Source of the DNA: an uncultured delta proteobacterium
GTDB taxonomy: Bacteria; Desulfobacterota; Binatia; HRBIN30; BPIQ01
Assembly (NCBI GenBank): GCA_963761335.1
Contig: CAVXGR010000018.1
Span: 320,001-384,000 of the forward strand
Reading direction: 5' to 3'
DNA: 64,000 nucleotides
The number at the start of each line of letters is the position of its first letter. The first letter of the stretch is position 1. This document shows positions 1 to 8,945 of the stretch, piece by piece. The position numbers were made by a program, and so were the translations under genes. Under the pieces are notes generated by a model, which was not told the DNA's origin, did no database searches, and saw only the letters and a list, made by a program, of their open reading frames with translations.

Positions 1-1
1 G

Positions 2-1861
2 GTCGACTACGACGAGATCATGCCCGCGTTTCGCGAGGCGAGCTGGGACGAAGCCCTCGATCTGGTCGCCGCGCGCTTCCTGGCGATCAAGACGGCGCAC
101 GGCGGCGGCGCGCTCGCCGGCTTCGGCTCGGCGAAGTGCTCGAACGAGGACAACTACCTCTTCCAGAAGCTGGTGCGCGCCGTGTTCGGCACCAACAACG
201 TCGACCACTGCACGCGCCTGTGCCACGCCTCCTCGGTGGCCGCCCTCATGGAGACCATCGGCTCGGGCGCCGTCTCCAATGTTTTTGCCGACGTGCAATA
301 CGCCGACGCCATCCTGGTGATCGGCTCGAACACCGAAGAGAATCATCCGGTTGCGGCCACCTTCATCAAGGAAGCGGCAAAGCGCGGCGCCTTGCTGATC
401 GTCATGGATCCGCGCCGTCCCGGCCTCGCCGATCACGCCGACGAGTACCTGCGATTCAAGCCCGGGACAGACGTGGCGCTGCTCAACGCCTTCATGCACG
501 TCATCATCCGCGACGGCATGGTGGACGAGGCCTTCGTGCGCCAGCGCACCGAAGGTTTCGAGGCGCTCCGCGAGACCGTGCGCCCATACACCCCCGAACG
601 CGCCGAGAAGATCACCGGCGTCTCGCGAGAGACCATCGAACGGGTTGCCCGCCAGTACGGCGGCGCCGGGGCGGCGATGATCTTCTGGGGCATGGGTATC
701 TCGCAGCACACTACCGGCACCGACAACGCCCGCAGCCTGATCTCGTTGGCGCTGCTGACCGGCAACCTCGGTCGTCCGGGCACGGGGCTGCACCCGCTGC
801 GCGGCCAGAACAACGTCCAGGGCGCCTCCGACGTCGGCCTGATCCCGATGGTCTATACCGACTACCAGCCGGTGACCGACGCGGCGGTGCGCCGCAAGTT
901 CGAGAGCGCCTGGGGGGTGGTGCTCGATGCGCAGCCGGGGCTCACGGTGGTCGAGATCACCTCGGCGGCTCTCGAGGGACGCATCAAGGGAATGATGATG
1001 ATGGGGGAGAACCCCTTCCTCAGCGACCCCAACACCAACAAGGTGCGCAAGGCGCTCGCGCATCTCGAGTTCCTGGTGGTGCAGGACATCTTCCTCACCG
1101 AGACCGCGGAGTTCGCCGACGTCATCCTGCCGGCGACCAGCTTCGCCGAGAAGGAGGGCACCTACACCAACACCGACCGGCGCGTACAGCTCGGGCGCAA
1201 GGCCATCGAGCCGCCGGGGGAGGCGCGCACCGACTGGAAGGTCATCGCCGAGATCGCCACGCGCATGGGATATCCGATGCGCTATCAGTCCGCCGAGGAG
1301 ATCTTCCGCGAGATCACGGCGCTGTCGCCGAACCTGGCGGGGCTGTCGTACGACAAGCTGGGCACCGCCGGCACTCTCTGGCCGTGCCCGGCGCCGGATC
1401 ACCCGGGAACTTCGGTGCTGTTCACCGAGACCTTCCCGCGCGGCCGTGGCCGCTTCGTGCCGGCGGAGTTCGCGCCCGCCGTGGAGCTACCCGACGACGA
1501 GTACCCGCTGGTGCTCAACACCGGCCGCGTCCTCGAGCACTGGCACACCGGCTCGATGACGCGGCGTTCGAAGGCGCTGGACGCCCTCGAGCCGTCGCCG
1601 TTCGTCGAGGTGTGCCCCGCGGATCTCGACGCCCATGGGATCGCCGACGGCGATTGGGTGCGCGTCTCCTCGCGGCGCGGCGCCATCGTGCTGCGGGCTC
1701 GCCGCAGCGAGCGTACCCATCCCGGCAGCGTCTTCATCCCCTTCCACTTCCGCGAGGCCGCCGCCAACGTTCTCACCATCGACGCCCTCGACCCCTTCGG
1801 CAAGATCCCCGAGTTCAAGTTCTGCTCGGTGAAGCTGGAAGCGGTGGCGGAGCCGACGTAG
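2..1861 (+). CDS. fdhF: Formate dehydrogenase alpha subunit (Mo/W-bisPGD), 5'-truncated by window edge; Cys-type active site
   Basis: NNVDHCTRLCHASS, PLRGQNNVQGA, VVQDIFLTETA, LNTGRVLEHWHTGSMTRR and C-terminal KIPEFK motifs; frame open from position 2. Confidence 0.93.
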   Translation, partial: VDYDEIMPAFREASWDEALDLVAARFLAIKTAHGGGALAGFGSAKCSNEDNYLFQKLVRAVFGTNNVDHCTRLCHASSVAALMETIGSGAVSNVFADVQYADAILVIGSNTEENHPVAATFIKEAAKRGALLIVMDPRRPGLADHADEYLRFKPGTDVALLNAFMHVIIRDGMVDEAFVRQRTEGFEALRETVRPYTPERAEKITGVSRETIERVARQYGGAGAAMIFWGMGISQHTTGTDNARSLISLALLTGNLGRPGTGLHPLRGQNNVQGASDVGLIPMVYTDYQPVTDAAVRRKFESAWGVVLDAQPGLTVVEITSAALEGRIKGMMMMGENPFLSDPNTNKVRKALAHLEFLVVQDIFLTETAEFADVILPATSFAEKEGTYTNTDRRVQLGRKAIEPPGEARTDWKVIAEIATRMGYPMRYQSAEEIFREITALSPNLAGLSYDKLGTAGTLWPCPAPDHPGTSVLFTETFPRGRGRFVPAEFAPAVELPDDEYPLVLNTGRVLEHWHTGSMTRRSKALDALEPSPFVEVCPADLDAHGIADGDWVRVSSRRGAIVLRARRSERTHPGSVFIPFHFREAAANVLTIDALDPFGKIPEFKFCSVKLEAVAEPT

Positions 1862-1931
1862 CCGGGGGTTGAAGAGGTCGTCTCAAAGCCGAAGTAGAAG
1901 CGACGTCTCGCCGCTTCCGTGAAGCGCCGAG
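1858..1931. repeat. Partial composite repeat: REP arm GTAGCCGGGGGT + TGAA + MITE-end-like GAGGTCGTCTCAAAGCC + REP GTAGAAGCGACGTCTCGCCGCTTC
   Basis: Direct similarity to the elements at 6339-6487 and 4094-4147. Confidence 0.8.
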
Positions 1932-1966
1932 ATCCGGTGACGATCCACGCGGCGGCGGCCCCGCGG

Positions 1967-3997
1967 CTACTCGACCTTCAGGACAGCTTCTCCATCGGAA
2001 ACGATGGTGACCTCGCCCAGCCGCCGCGGCGGGCTGGAGAGCACTTCCACCTGGTACTTGCCGGGGGGCAGCTCGAGACGGTCGCCGTTGACAGCCCCCG
2101 TGGCGACCGCGGCGCCGTCCTTCTCGACCCGGTAGGGCAAGCGGAGAGAGGCCTTGATGGCGCGCGCCAGGGCGGCGCCGTCGCCGGCGTCGAAGTAGCT
2201 GCCGCCGCCGAGGCGCGCCCAGGTCTCGAAGTCCTCTTTCAGGGCCAGCTCGTCGACGGCGAAGCCGACGATGTTGATCCGCACGTCGAACCCGGCGCGG
2301 CGCAGCTCCTGGATCGCGGCCTTGGGATCGCCGCCGCAGGTCTCCTCGCCGTCGGTGACCAGCACGACGATCGCGGCGCCCTCGACGCCGGCCAGATCCT
2401 GCTTGACGCGCAGCAGGGAGTCGGCGATCGGCGTCTTGGCGAGATTCTTCGCCCCGATGCCGCCGATCTTCGCCACTGCGGTGCTGCGATTGAGCGGCGC
2501 CAGCGGGATCTCGAGATCGGTGCGGCAGGAGTCCGCCTGCCGATGTCCGAACACCCGTAACGCGAAGGGGGCGCCGGCAGGAAGAACATTCTGCGTGAGC
2601 TCGACGAGAGCCGCCTTGGCGAGATCGATGCGGCGCTTGCCGCCGAGGCGCTGGAGCATGCTCCCGGATGCATCGAGGATCAGCTCGACGGCGCCGGGGG
2701 CTGCCTTGTCCTCGGCTGCGGCGGTGACGCGAAGAGTCCCCGGCGTCGTTCCGGGCGCGACCTCGATGGCGGCGCGGGCCAGCACCTTGTTCTTCCGCCC
2801 GGTCAAGTAGCGGAGCTCGTATGCCCCTGTCTCCTTGGGGGCCTGCAGACGCGCCGGAGATCCGCGCTTGGTGTAGGCGTAGCTGGCCGTCTCGTTCGCG
2901 CGCGCCTCCTTTCGCGCCAGGGCGACGTAGTCTTCCGGGTTGTTCGGGCCGCTCCAGGAGACCTCGAACTTCGCCTGCGCTTCGACCGTCGCCGGGCCGC
3001 TGACGGTCGCCGCGACCGGCTCGGCGTGGAGCGGTGTCTGCGCCAGCACCCGATACGTCTGCCCCGTGTGGTAGCGGACCAGGTAATCCCCTGGGTCCTC
3101 GGGTACGCGGATGACCACCGGGCTGCCGTCCTTCGTGTAGGTGTAAGTGCCGTAGTCGCGGTCGGCGGCGCCGGTCTGGTCGATGCTGATGAAGTCCCCT
3201 TTGTCGTCGGGGCCCGTCCAGCCGATCTGCAGCTCGCTCCCGGCAGGAGCGCTCTCCGGAATCTCCAGGCCGGCTTGCGTACCCGCGACCTGGAGCGGCT
3301 TCGCCGCGATCACCCGATAGGTCTGGCCGAGGTGATAGCGGATCTGATAATCGCCGGCCGCGTCGGGGGCGCGCAGCTTCGCCGGGCTGCCGTGCTTGCT
3401 GTAGGCATAGACGCCGTACTCGCGATCGGAGGCACCCGCCTGATCGATGGCGACGAAGTCGCCTTGGTTGTTCGGCCCCGAGAAGGTCACCTGAAAGCTC
3501 GCGCCCGCGTCGACCTGCGCCGGGGCTTCGATGGTCGCTTGAACGTCCTTCACGTCGAGCGGCGCCGAGCCGAGCACCTGGTAGCCCCCCGTGCCCTGGT
3601 GGTAACGCAGCTGGTACTTCCCCGGCACGTCAGGGGCGCGCAGCTTCACGGGGTTGCCGCTCTTCACGTATACGTAGTGACCGTACTCCCGCTCGGCCGC
3701 CCCCGCCTCGTCGATGCTGATGAAGTCGAGGGGACCGTGCGGCCCGCTGTAGGAAACCTCGATCGGGGCTCCGGCGCTCACTTCTCGCGGCGCCTTCAGC
3801 GCGATTGTCGTCCCCGACTTCTCGTCGGCGACGGCCACGGAGCTCGCCATCAGCACGGCGACGACGAGGGCGAGCGGCGCCGCCCCCGCGGGGGAGCGCT
3901 CGCTCCGCTTGCGCCGCTGGCCAGAGGTTGGAACATGGAGAGGACGAGATGGGCCTGCCTGGCCGGCGGCATTCGACGCGCATGGCTGGATCGTCAT
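1967..3997 (-). CDS. Exported protein with four ~92-aa Ig-like repeats followed by a vWA (MIDAS) domain
   Basis: Hydrophobic signal segment; four repeats with GP..DF..I...GA....YG.Y.Y...G.P..L.AP...G.Y..RY; ILDASGSM and TDGEETC; start uncertain. Confidence 0.8.
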   Translation of the reverse strand: MTIQPCASNAAGQAGPSRPLHVPTSGQRRKRSERSPAGAAPLALVVAVLMASSVAVADEKSGTTIALKAPREVSAGAPIEVSYSGPHGPLDFISIDEAGAAEREYGHYVYVKSGNPVKLRAPDVPGKYQLRYHQGTGGYQVLGSAPLDVKDVQATIEAPAQVDAGASFQVTFSGPNNQGDFVAIDQAGASDREYGVYAYSKHGSPAKLRAPDAAGDYQIRYHLGQTYRVIAAKPLQVAGTQAGLEIPESAPAGSELQIGWTGPDDKGDFISIDQTGAADRDYGTYTYTKDGSPVVIRVPEDPGDYLVRYHTGQTYRVLAQTPLHAEPVAATVSGPATVEAQAKFEVSWSGPNNPEDYVALARKEARANETASYAYTKRGSPARLQAPKETGAYELRYLTGRKNKVLARAAIEVAPGTTPGTLRVTAAAEDKAAPGAVELILDASGSMLQRLGGKRRIDLAKAALVELTQNVLPAGAPFALRVFGHRQADSCRTDLEIPLAPLNRSTAVAKIGGIGAKNLAKTPIADSLLRVKQDLAGVEGAAIVVLVTDGEETCGGDPKAAIQELRRAGFDVRINIVGFAVDELALKEDFETWARLGGGSYFDAGDGAALARAIKASLRLPYRVEKDGAAVATGAVNGDRLELPPGKYQVEVLSSPPRRLGEVTIVSDGEAVLKVE

Positions 3998-4093
3998 GGC
4001 CTCGTTCTTTGCATCGGCGGCGCCGACCCGCAACCCCGCGGGGGGATTCGGGCTGGCGCGGGGCGGAGTGCGGGCACGAAGGCCCGGGTGCAG

Positions 4094-4147
4094 AAGTAGA
4101 AGTGCCGTCCCGGCGCTTTCCGAAGCGGCGAGACGCCGCTTCTACTT
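4094..4147. repeat. GTAG-family REP doublet (two inverted hairpin REPs)
   Basis: Reverse complement of 4096-4145 matches 6402-6451 at 49/50 nt; each half is GTAG plus a GC-rich palindrome. Confidence 0.88.
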
Positions 4148-4184
4148 GCCCCGCTGGGCGGCGGAGTCGTTCTGCCCCCTGCCG

Positions 4185-6173
4185 CTACGGGGCGGTGCGC
4201 TTCGGGGTGGTGTTGAGCAGGATGAGGACGTTCTGCGATTCCCGGTTGACGACGGCCATGTCGACGCGGCCGTCGCGGTTGAAGTCGCCGGCGGCGACGG
4301 CGCGGGGGTCGCGGCCGACGGGGAAGCGGAGCGGCTCGGCGAAGCCGCCTTCCTTGAGGCCGAGCAGCACCTCGACGTCATCGCGGAAATCCTCGTTGAC
4401 GACCAGATCCGTCAGATTGTCGCCGTTGAAATCGTCGGCAACCAGCGGGTGAATCGTGGCACCGACGTGGTTGAGCTGCGGCGCCGCCAGCGTGCCGTCC
4501 GCCTGCCCGTGCAGGATGGCGACGGTGTCCCGGCCCTCGGTGGCCACCACCAGGTCGATGCGGCCGTTGCCGTCGACGTCGCCGGCAAGCAGGATCGAGG
4601 GATGTGCGGGCACGGGGTAGTTCTTCACGTCCGGGAAGCGACCGCCGCCGTCGCCATAGAGGATGGAGACGCTGTCGGAGAGGCTGTTGGCGACGGCGAG
4701 GTCGGGGTTGCCGTCGCCGTTGAAGTCGCCGCCGGCGATGGCGGTCGGGCCGAGGCCGACGGCGACGAGCAGCGGCGCGGCGAAGTTGCCGCGGCCGTCG
4801 CCGGCGAGGATGGCGACGTCATCGGTGGCGAAGTCGGCGACGGCGAGATCCATATGGCCGTCGCCGTCGAAGTCGCCGCTCACCAGGGCGCGCGGGTTTC
4901 TGCCGACGCGGATGCGCACCGAGGCGGTGAAGCCGCCGTTGCCGTCGGACTTGTAGACGCCGACGCTGTTCGACACCTCGTTGGCCACCGCCAGATCGAC
5001 GTTGCCGTCGCCGTCGAAATCGGCGGCGGCGACGGCGCCGGGACTGTCTCCGGTGTCGACGCTGACCACGCCGCGAAAGCGTCCGCCGCCGATGCCCGGG
5101 AGAGCCGTGATGGTGTCGCCCATGCGGTTGGCGACGAGGAGATCGGTGATGCCGTCGCCGTCGAGATCGCCGACGGCCACGTCGACTGGCTCGCGGCCGA
5201 CGCCGTAGCTGCGCAAGCGCTGGAAGCCTCCCTTGCCGTCGCCGGCGAGAATGGTCAGCGCCCCGGCCCGGCGTTCGCAGAAGACCAGATCCAGCGTGCC
5301 GTCGCCGTTGACATCGGCGGCCCGCAGGCCGTCGCGGAGTGCGCCTTCGTCGAGCATCTCCGCCTTGGCGAACCCCCCGGAGCCGTCGCCGGCGAACATG
5401 AGCACGCCGCGGCTGGCGACGGCGAACAGGTCGACGTGTCCATCGCCGTTGGCGTCGCCAGCCACCAGTGACGCCGCCGGCTCGCTCAGAGGAACGGAGA
5501 TCGGCGACTTGAAGCTGTCCGGCTTGGTGGTGAGGAGCAGGTCGAGTGCCGGCGTCGTGCTACCGGAGAGGGCGATGTCGAGCTGGCCGTCGCCGTCGAG
5601 GTCGGCGACGGCGATGTGACTGACGTAGGCGAGGTCGGTCTCCACCTGCAACGGCTCGCCGATCTGCTTCCCCTCTCGCCCGAAGAAGATGGTGATGCCT
5701 CCCCGCCGGCCGACGATCAGATCGGACCGGCCGTCGCCGTTGAGGTCGGCGGCGGCGATGGCGCGTGGCTGCGGCTTGATGCCCACGGTGTAGGCCGGCT
5801 GCAAGCGGCCGTTGTCGTCGCCCTGGAGCACGTGGATGACGGCGTGCATCTCGTCCGGATAGGCGAGGTCGAGGCGCCCGTCGCCGTTCAGGTCGGCGAG
5901 GACGAAGTGCTTGACGAACTCGGTCGAGGGGACCTCGAGCGCCTCGGGACGCTCATCCCGCCCACGGCCGTAGAGGACCTGAATCCCCTTGTCCGTGCCG
6001 ACGACGACATCCGCATCACCGTCGCGGTCGACGTCGCCGATGGCGACCGCCGACGGTCCGGAGGCGACCGGGTAGTCGGCGCGGACCAGGAAATCGACAT
6101 AGGCAGCCCCCGCCTCTGCGGCCAGCAGGCTCACGGCGGCGACAGCCGAAGCGACAACGATTGGCCAACGCAT
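4185..6173 (-). CDS. Secreted FG-GAP/VCBS repeat beta-propeller protein
   Basis: Signal peptide; about 13 copies of [GA]D[FLV][ND]GDG..D[LIV] Ca-binding repeats. Confidence 0.9.
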   Translation of the reverse strand: MRWPIVVASAVAAVSLLAAEAGAAYVDFLVRADYPVASGPSAVAIGDVDRDGDADVVVGTDKGIQVLYGRGRDERPEALEVPSTEFVKHFVLADLNGDGRLDLAYPDEMHAVIHVLQGDDNGRLQPAYTVGIKPQPRAIAAADLNGDGRSDLIVGRRGGITIFFGREGKQIGEPLQVETDLAYVSHIAVADLDGDGQLDIALSGSTTPALDLLLTTKPDSFKSPISVPLSEPAASLVAGDANGDGHVDLFAVASRGVLMFAGDGSGGFAKAEMLDEGALRDGLRAADVNGDGTLDLVFCERRAGALTILAGDGKGGFQRLRSYGVGREPVDVAVGDLDGDGITDLLVANRMGDTITALPGIGGGRFRGVVSVDTGDSPGAVAAADFDGDGNVDLAVANEVSNSVGVYKSDGNGGFTASVRIRVGRNPRALVSGDFDGDGHMDLAVADFATDDVAILAGDGRGNFAAPLLVAVGLGPTAIAGGDFNGDGNPDLAVANSLSDSVSILYGDGGGRFPDVKNYPVPAHPSILLAGDVDGNGRIDLVVATEGRDTVAILHGQADGTLAAPQLNHVGATIHPLVADDFNGDNLTDLVVNEDFRDDVEVLLGLKEGGFAEPLRFPVGRDPRAVAAGDFNRDGRVDMAVVNRESQNVLILLNTTPKRTAP

Positions 6174-6237
6174 TCTTCGGGGGTTAGCAGAAAGAGCCGG
6201 GGCCGGCTATCTATCGGCGGCGCAAAGCGCCGCCGAT

Positions 6238-6610
6238 GGTTTCTCGGTGGCTCGGGTTCTCGGTTGTCGGGTTGGCGAGTTTACGGGTTTCGAAGCGCAG
6301 AGAGTGGAATTCGCCAGACAGGGGAACCGCGCCGCAATCCGGGGGTTGAAGAGGCCGTCTCAAAACCCGGGCAAATCGATTCCGCCGGCCCGCGGGCCAA
6401 GGTAGAAGCGGCGTCTCGCCGCTTCGGAAAGCGCCGGGACGGCGCTTCTACTTTGGTTTTGAGACAGCCTCTGAAACCCCCGGCTACCATCACGGAAGTC
6501 GGCCGGCTTGCCCGGACGGGTCGCCTTACCGAAATCCCAACCCGCGAACCCGTAAACCCGATAACCCGATAACCGAGAAACCGAGCCACCGAGCCACCGA
6601 GCCACCGAGT
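6238..6610. repeat. Inverted arrays of degenerate 8-mers (left arm ~6238-6292, right arm 6539-6610) enclosing a REP/MITE cluster
   Basis: Right arm reads AACCCGCG AACCCGTA AACCCGAT AACCCGAT AACCGAGA AACCGAGC CACCGAGC CACCGAGC CACCGAGT; left arm is its imperfect reverse complement. Confidence 0.85.
6351..6471. mobile_element. 121-bp MITE-like element with 17-bp terminal inverted repeats and 4-bp TGAA target duplication
   Basis: GAGGCCGTCTCAAAACC (6351-6367) and GGTTTTGAGACAGCCTC (6455-6471), 16/17 match; TGAA at 6347-6350 and 6472-6475; no coding capacity. Confidence 0.75.
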
Positions 6611-7845
6611 CACACGGCGGGCAGTCCGTAGAGATCAACCGCATTCAGGCCGAGGATGCGCTGCTGCTCCGGCTCGGGCAGGCCGGCCATGGCTTCGCGG
6701 AGCTCCTGGACGACGCCGGGGATCTTGGCATCGGGATGGGGATAGTCGCTCGCCCAGATGATGCGGTCGGCGCCGACCAGCCTGCTCTCCGCCGTGAAGC
6801 GCAGTGTCGTCTCGTCGGGATCGAAGGAGATCCAGCACTGCCGCCGGAAGTACGCCGACGGCGTCATCTTCAGCTGCGGCACGTCCCACGGGAAGATCTC
6901 GTGATGGTGGTCGAGGCGCTCGAGCCAGGGGACGATCCAGCCGCCGTTGGCTTCGAGGAAGATGATCTTCAGGCGGGGAAAGCGCTCGAGGACGCCGCCG
7001 CAGATGAGCATGGTGAGCGTCGTCTGCATGTCGAAGACGTTCGACAGGGCCTGGCTGAAGAAGATGTTCTGGATGCCCACCAGGCCGGTCATCTTGGCGT
7101 CCTGCCCCCCGGCGTAGAGCGGCCGCGCCCCCGGCGCGACGAAGGCGCCGATGCCCAGGTCGCGGCAGGCGCCGGGCAGGTCGTTGGCCAGGTAGGGATG
7201 AAAGCCGATGGTCAGCTCGAGGTCCTGCAGGGTCGCCCACAGGCGGTCGTACCGGGCATCGCAGAAGAAGGCGCCATCCGGCGAGGGGTTCGGGCGCATG
7301 AACACTCCCACCAGGCCGAGATCCTTTGCCCTCCGCGCCATGCGCTCGGCGCGTTCGAGGTCGCTCTGCACGATGACCCCGATGCCAAACAGCCGCGTGG
7401 GCGCGTGATGGCAGTAATCGGCGAGCCAGCGATTGTAGGCGTCTGCCTGCGCTTCGGCGAAATCGAGGTCGGCGAAGCCGGCGATGCCGAGAAACAGGGT
7501 CGGGTAGACGACCGCCTGCTGAATGCCGTCGGTGGCCATCTCCGCGAGACGCTCCGCCGGCTTGTAGGCTCCCGGCTTCACCTCGCTGTACTTGAGCTCG
7601 CCGCGTTGGGCGCGCAGGCGCTCCTCGAGCGGCAGGCCGCCGGTGCCGGCGAGGGCGAGGAAATTGGCATTCGACACCTGGCCGCGGAAGTGCAGCCACT
7701 CGCTGCCATCGTCGCGGGTGACGACGTGAAAGCCCTGCTCGCGGTACTTCGCCGGCATGTACTCGAGCATCGCCGTGGGGTGCTCGAGCACGTGCCCGTC
7801 GGCGTCGACGATGCGGTTGTCGTGAGCGTTGCCGTTGATCGCCAT
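6610..7845 (-). CDS. Amidohydrolase_2 family metal-dependent hydrolase/decarboxylase
   Basis: IVDADGHVLE, GFHP, GGVLERFPRLKIIFLEANGGW, WASDYPHPD; start at ATG 7845. Confidence 0.88.
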   Translation of the reverse strand: MAINGNAHDNRIVDADGHVLEHPTAMLEYMPAKYREQGFHVVTRDDGSEWLHFRGQVSNANFLALAGTGGLPLEERLRAQRGELKYSEVKPGAYKPAERLAEMATDGIQQAVVYPTLFLGIAGFADLDFAEAQADAYNRWLADYCHHAPTRLFGIGVIVQSDLERAERMARRAKDLGLVGVFMRPNPSPDGAFFCDARYDRLWATLQDLELTIGFHPYLANDLPGACRDLGIGAFVAPGARPLYAGGQDAKMTGLVGIQNIFFSQALSNVFDMQTTLTMLICGGVLERFPRLKIIFLEANGGWIVPWLERLDHHHEIFPWDVPQLKMTPSAYFRRQCWISFDPDETTLRFTAESRLVGADRIIWASDYPHPDAKIPGVVQELREAMAGLPEPEQQRILGLNAVDLYGLPAV

Positions 7846-7861
7846 GGATTCCTCCGTCGCT

Positions 7862-8245
7862 TCAGGCCAGAAGCTGTCTGCGCAGCAGCCACACGGCGCC
7901 CCAGCTGCCGCCGAGGGCCATGGCGGCGAAGGCGGCGTAGGCAGCGAAGCCGAAGCCCTGGGGCAGGGGCTGCAGCAGCGGGAAGACGATGATGTTGACG
8001 GTGACATACATCGCGTAAGCGACGCCCATGGGCATCGCGAAGGAGCGCAGCATCCACAGCCCCCAGCAGTAGACGAGCATGTAGATGCCGACCAGCGGCG
8101 CCAGCATGGCGTTGGCAATTCCGCTGAGCAGAACGCCGAAGAAGACGAGCCCGGAGCCGGCGCCGAGCGGCTTGAAGACGTCGGTCAGCGCCCGCAGCGC
8201 GATCAGCGCGGTGAGAACGCGCAGGGCAATTCTTTCGGCCTTCAT
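7862..8245 (-). CDS. Small integral membrane protein (about 4 TM)
   Basis: Hydrophobic segments; ATGA overlap with the upstream gene. Confidence 0.7.
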   Translation of the reverse strand: MKAERIALRVLTALIALRALTDVFKPLGAGSGLVFFGVLLSGIANAMLAPLVGIYMLVYCWGLWMLRSFAMPMGVAYAMYVTVNIIVFPLLQPLPQGFGFAAYAAFAAMALGGSWGAVWLLRRQLLA

Positions 8246-8736
8246 CGGGCTCCGCCTGGCGCGGCGCTGCGGCGGCGGCGCGTCGCCTTGGCCTGCGCCC
8301 GGCGTTCCGCCTCTTCCTTGAACTCGAGCACCGATTGCTTCAGCGCCTGGCGCTCGGCGAACGAGCGCAGCGGCCCGGGAATCCAGAAGCCGACGGAGAC
8401 CGCCTGGCGGCAGGTGGCGCGGCTTCGCTTCGGCGCCCGCTTCTCGAAGTCGTAGGTGCCGTGGATGGACTCGACGTCGCCCTCGACCGAGTGCCACTCC
8501 AGGTGTCCCGGCCTCTCGTAGTCGTACTGCAGCACGTAGCGGACAGTGCGCAGCTTCATGTCGACGTGGAACTCGACCAGCCGCGCCAGCCCGTCGGCGT
8601 GCCGCTCGAGCACGGCGATGCGCTCGACGGCCGTCGACCATTGCGGATAGGCGTCGAAGTCGGTGATTGTCGCGAAGCAGTCGGCGACCGACGCGTCGAC
8701 CTCCGTCGAGAACTCCTGTTCGCCTTGGATCGCCAC
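8242..8736 (-). CDS. SRPBCC/START (polyketide cyclase-like) protein
   Basis: ITDFDAYPQW, YVLQYDY...LEWHSVEGD...GTYDF pattern. Confidence 0.82.
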   Translation of the reverse strand: MAIQGEQEFSTEVDASVADCFATITDFDAYPQWSTAVERIAVLERHADGLARLVEFHVDMKLRTVRYVLQYDYERPGHLEWHSVEGDVESIHGTYDFEKRAPKRSRATCRQAVSVGFWIPGPLRSFAERQALKQSVLEFKEEAERRAQAKATRRRRSAAPGGAR

Positions 8737-8945
8737 GGGCCGTTGTTAGTCGCAGGCGGCAGGAGACGTCAAGGGAGGGCTGTGGGGACAGGCTACTTTT
8801 CGGCGCAGGGACATCTAGCGGAGGATTTGGCGTTCGTCGCCGAAAAGTTGCCTGTCCCCGTCGTTTGCTTTCCTCCCCCGCGGAGCGGTGTTATCGTCCG
8901 GCGGCAGCATGGCGAGCATGCGCAGGAACTTCAGAGGTTGGTGAG

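Noticed and set aside
200..235. Selenocysteine in formate dehydrogenase
   Set aside because: The active-site codon is TGC (Cys); no in-frame TGA
6353..6364. GGCCGTCTCAAA resembling the Neisseria DNA uptake sequence
   Set aside because: Mismatch to GCCGTCTGAA, very few copies, and better explained as a MITE terminal repeat
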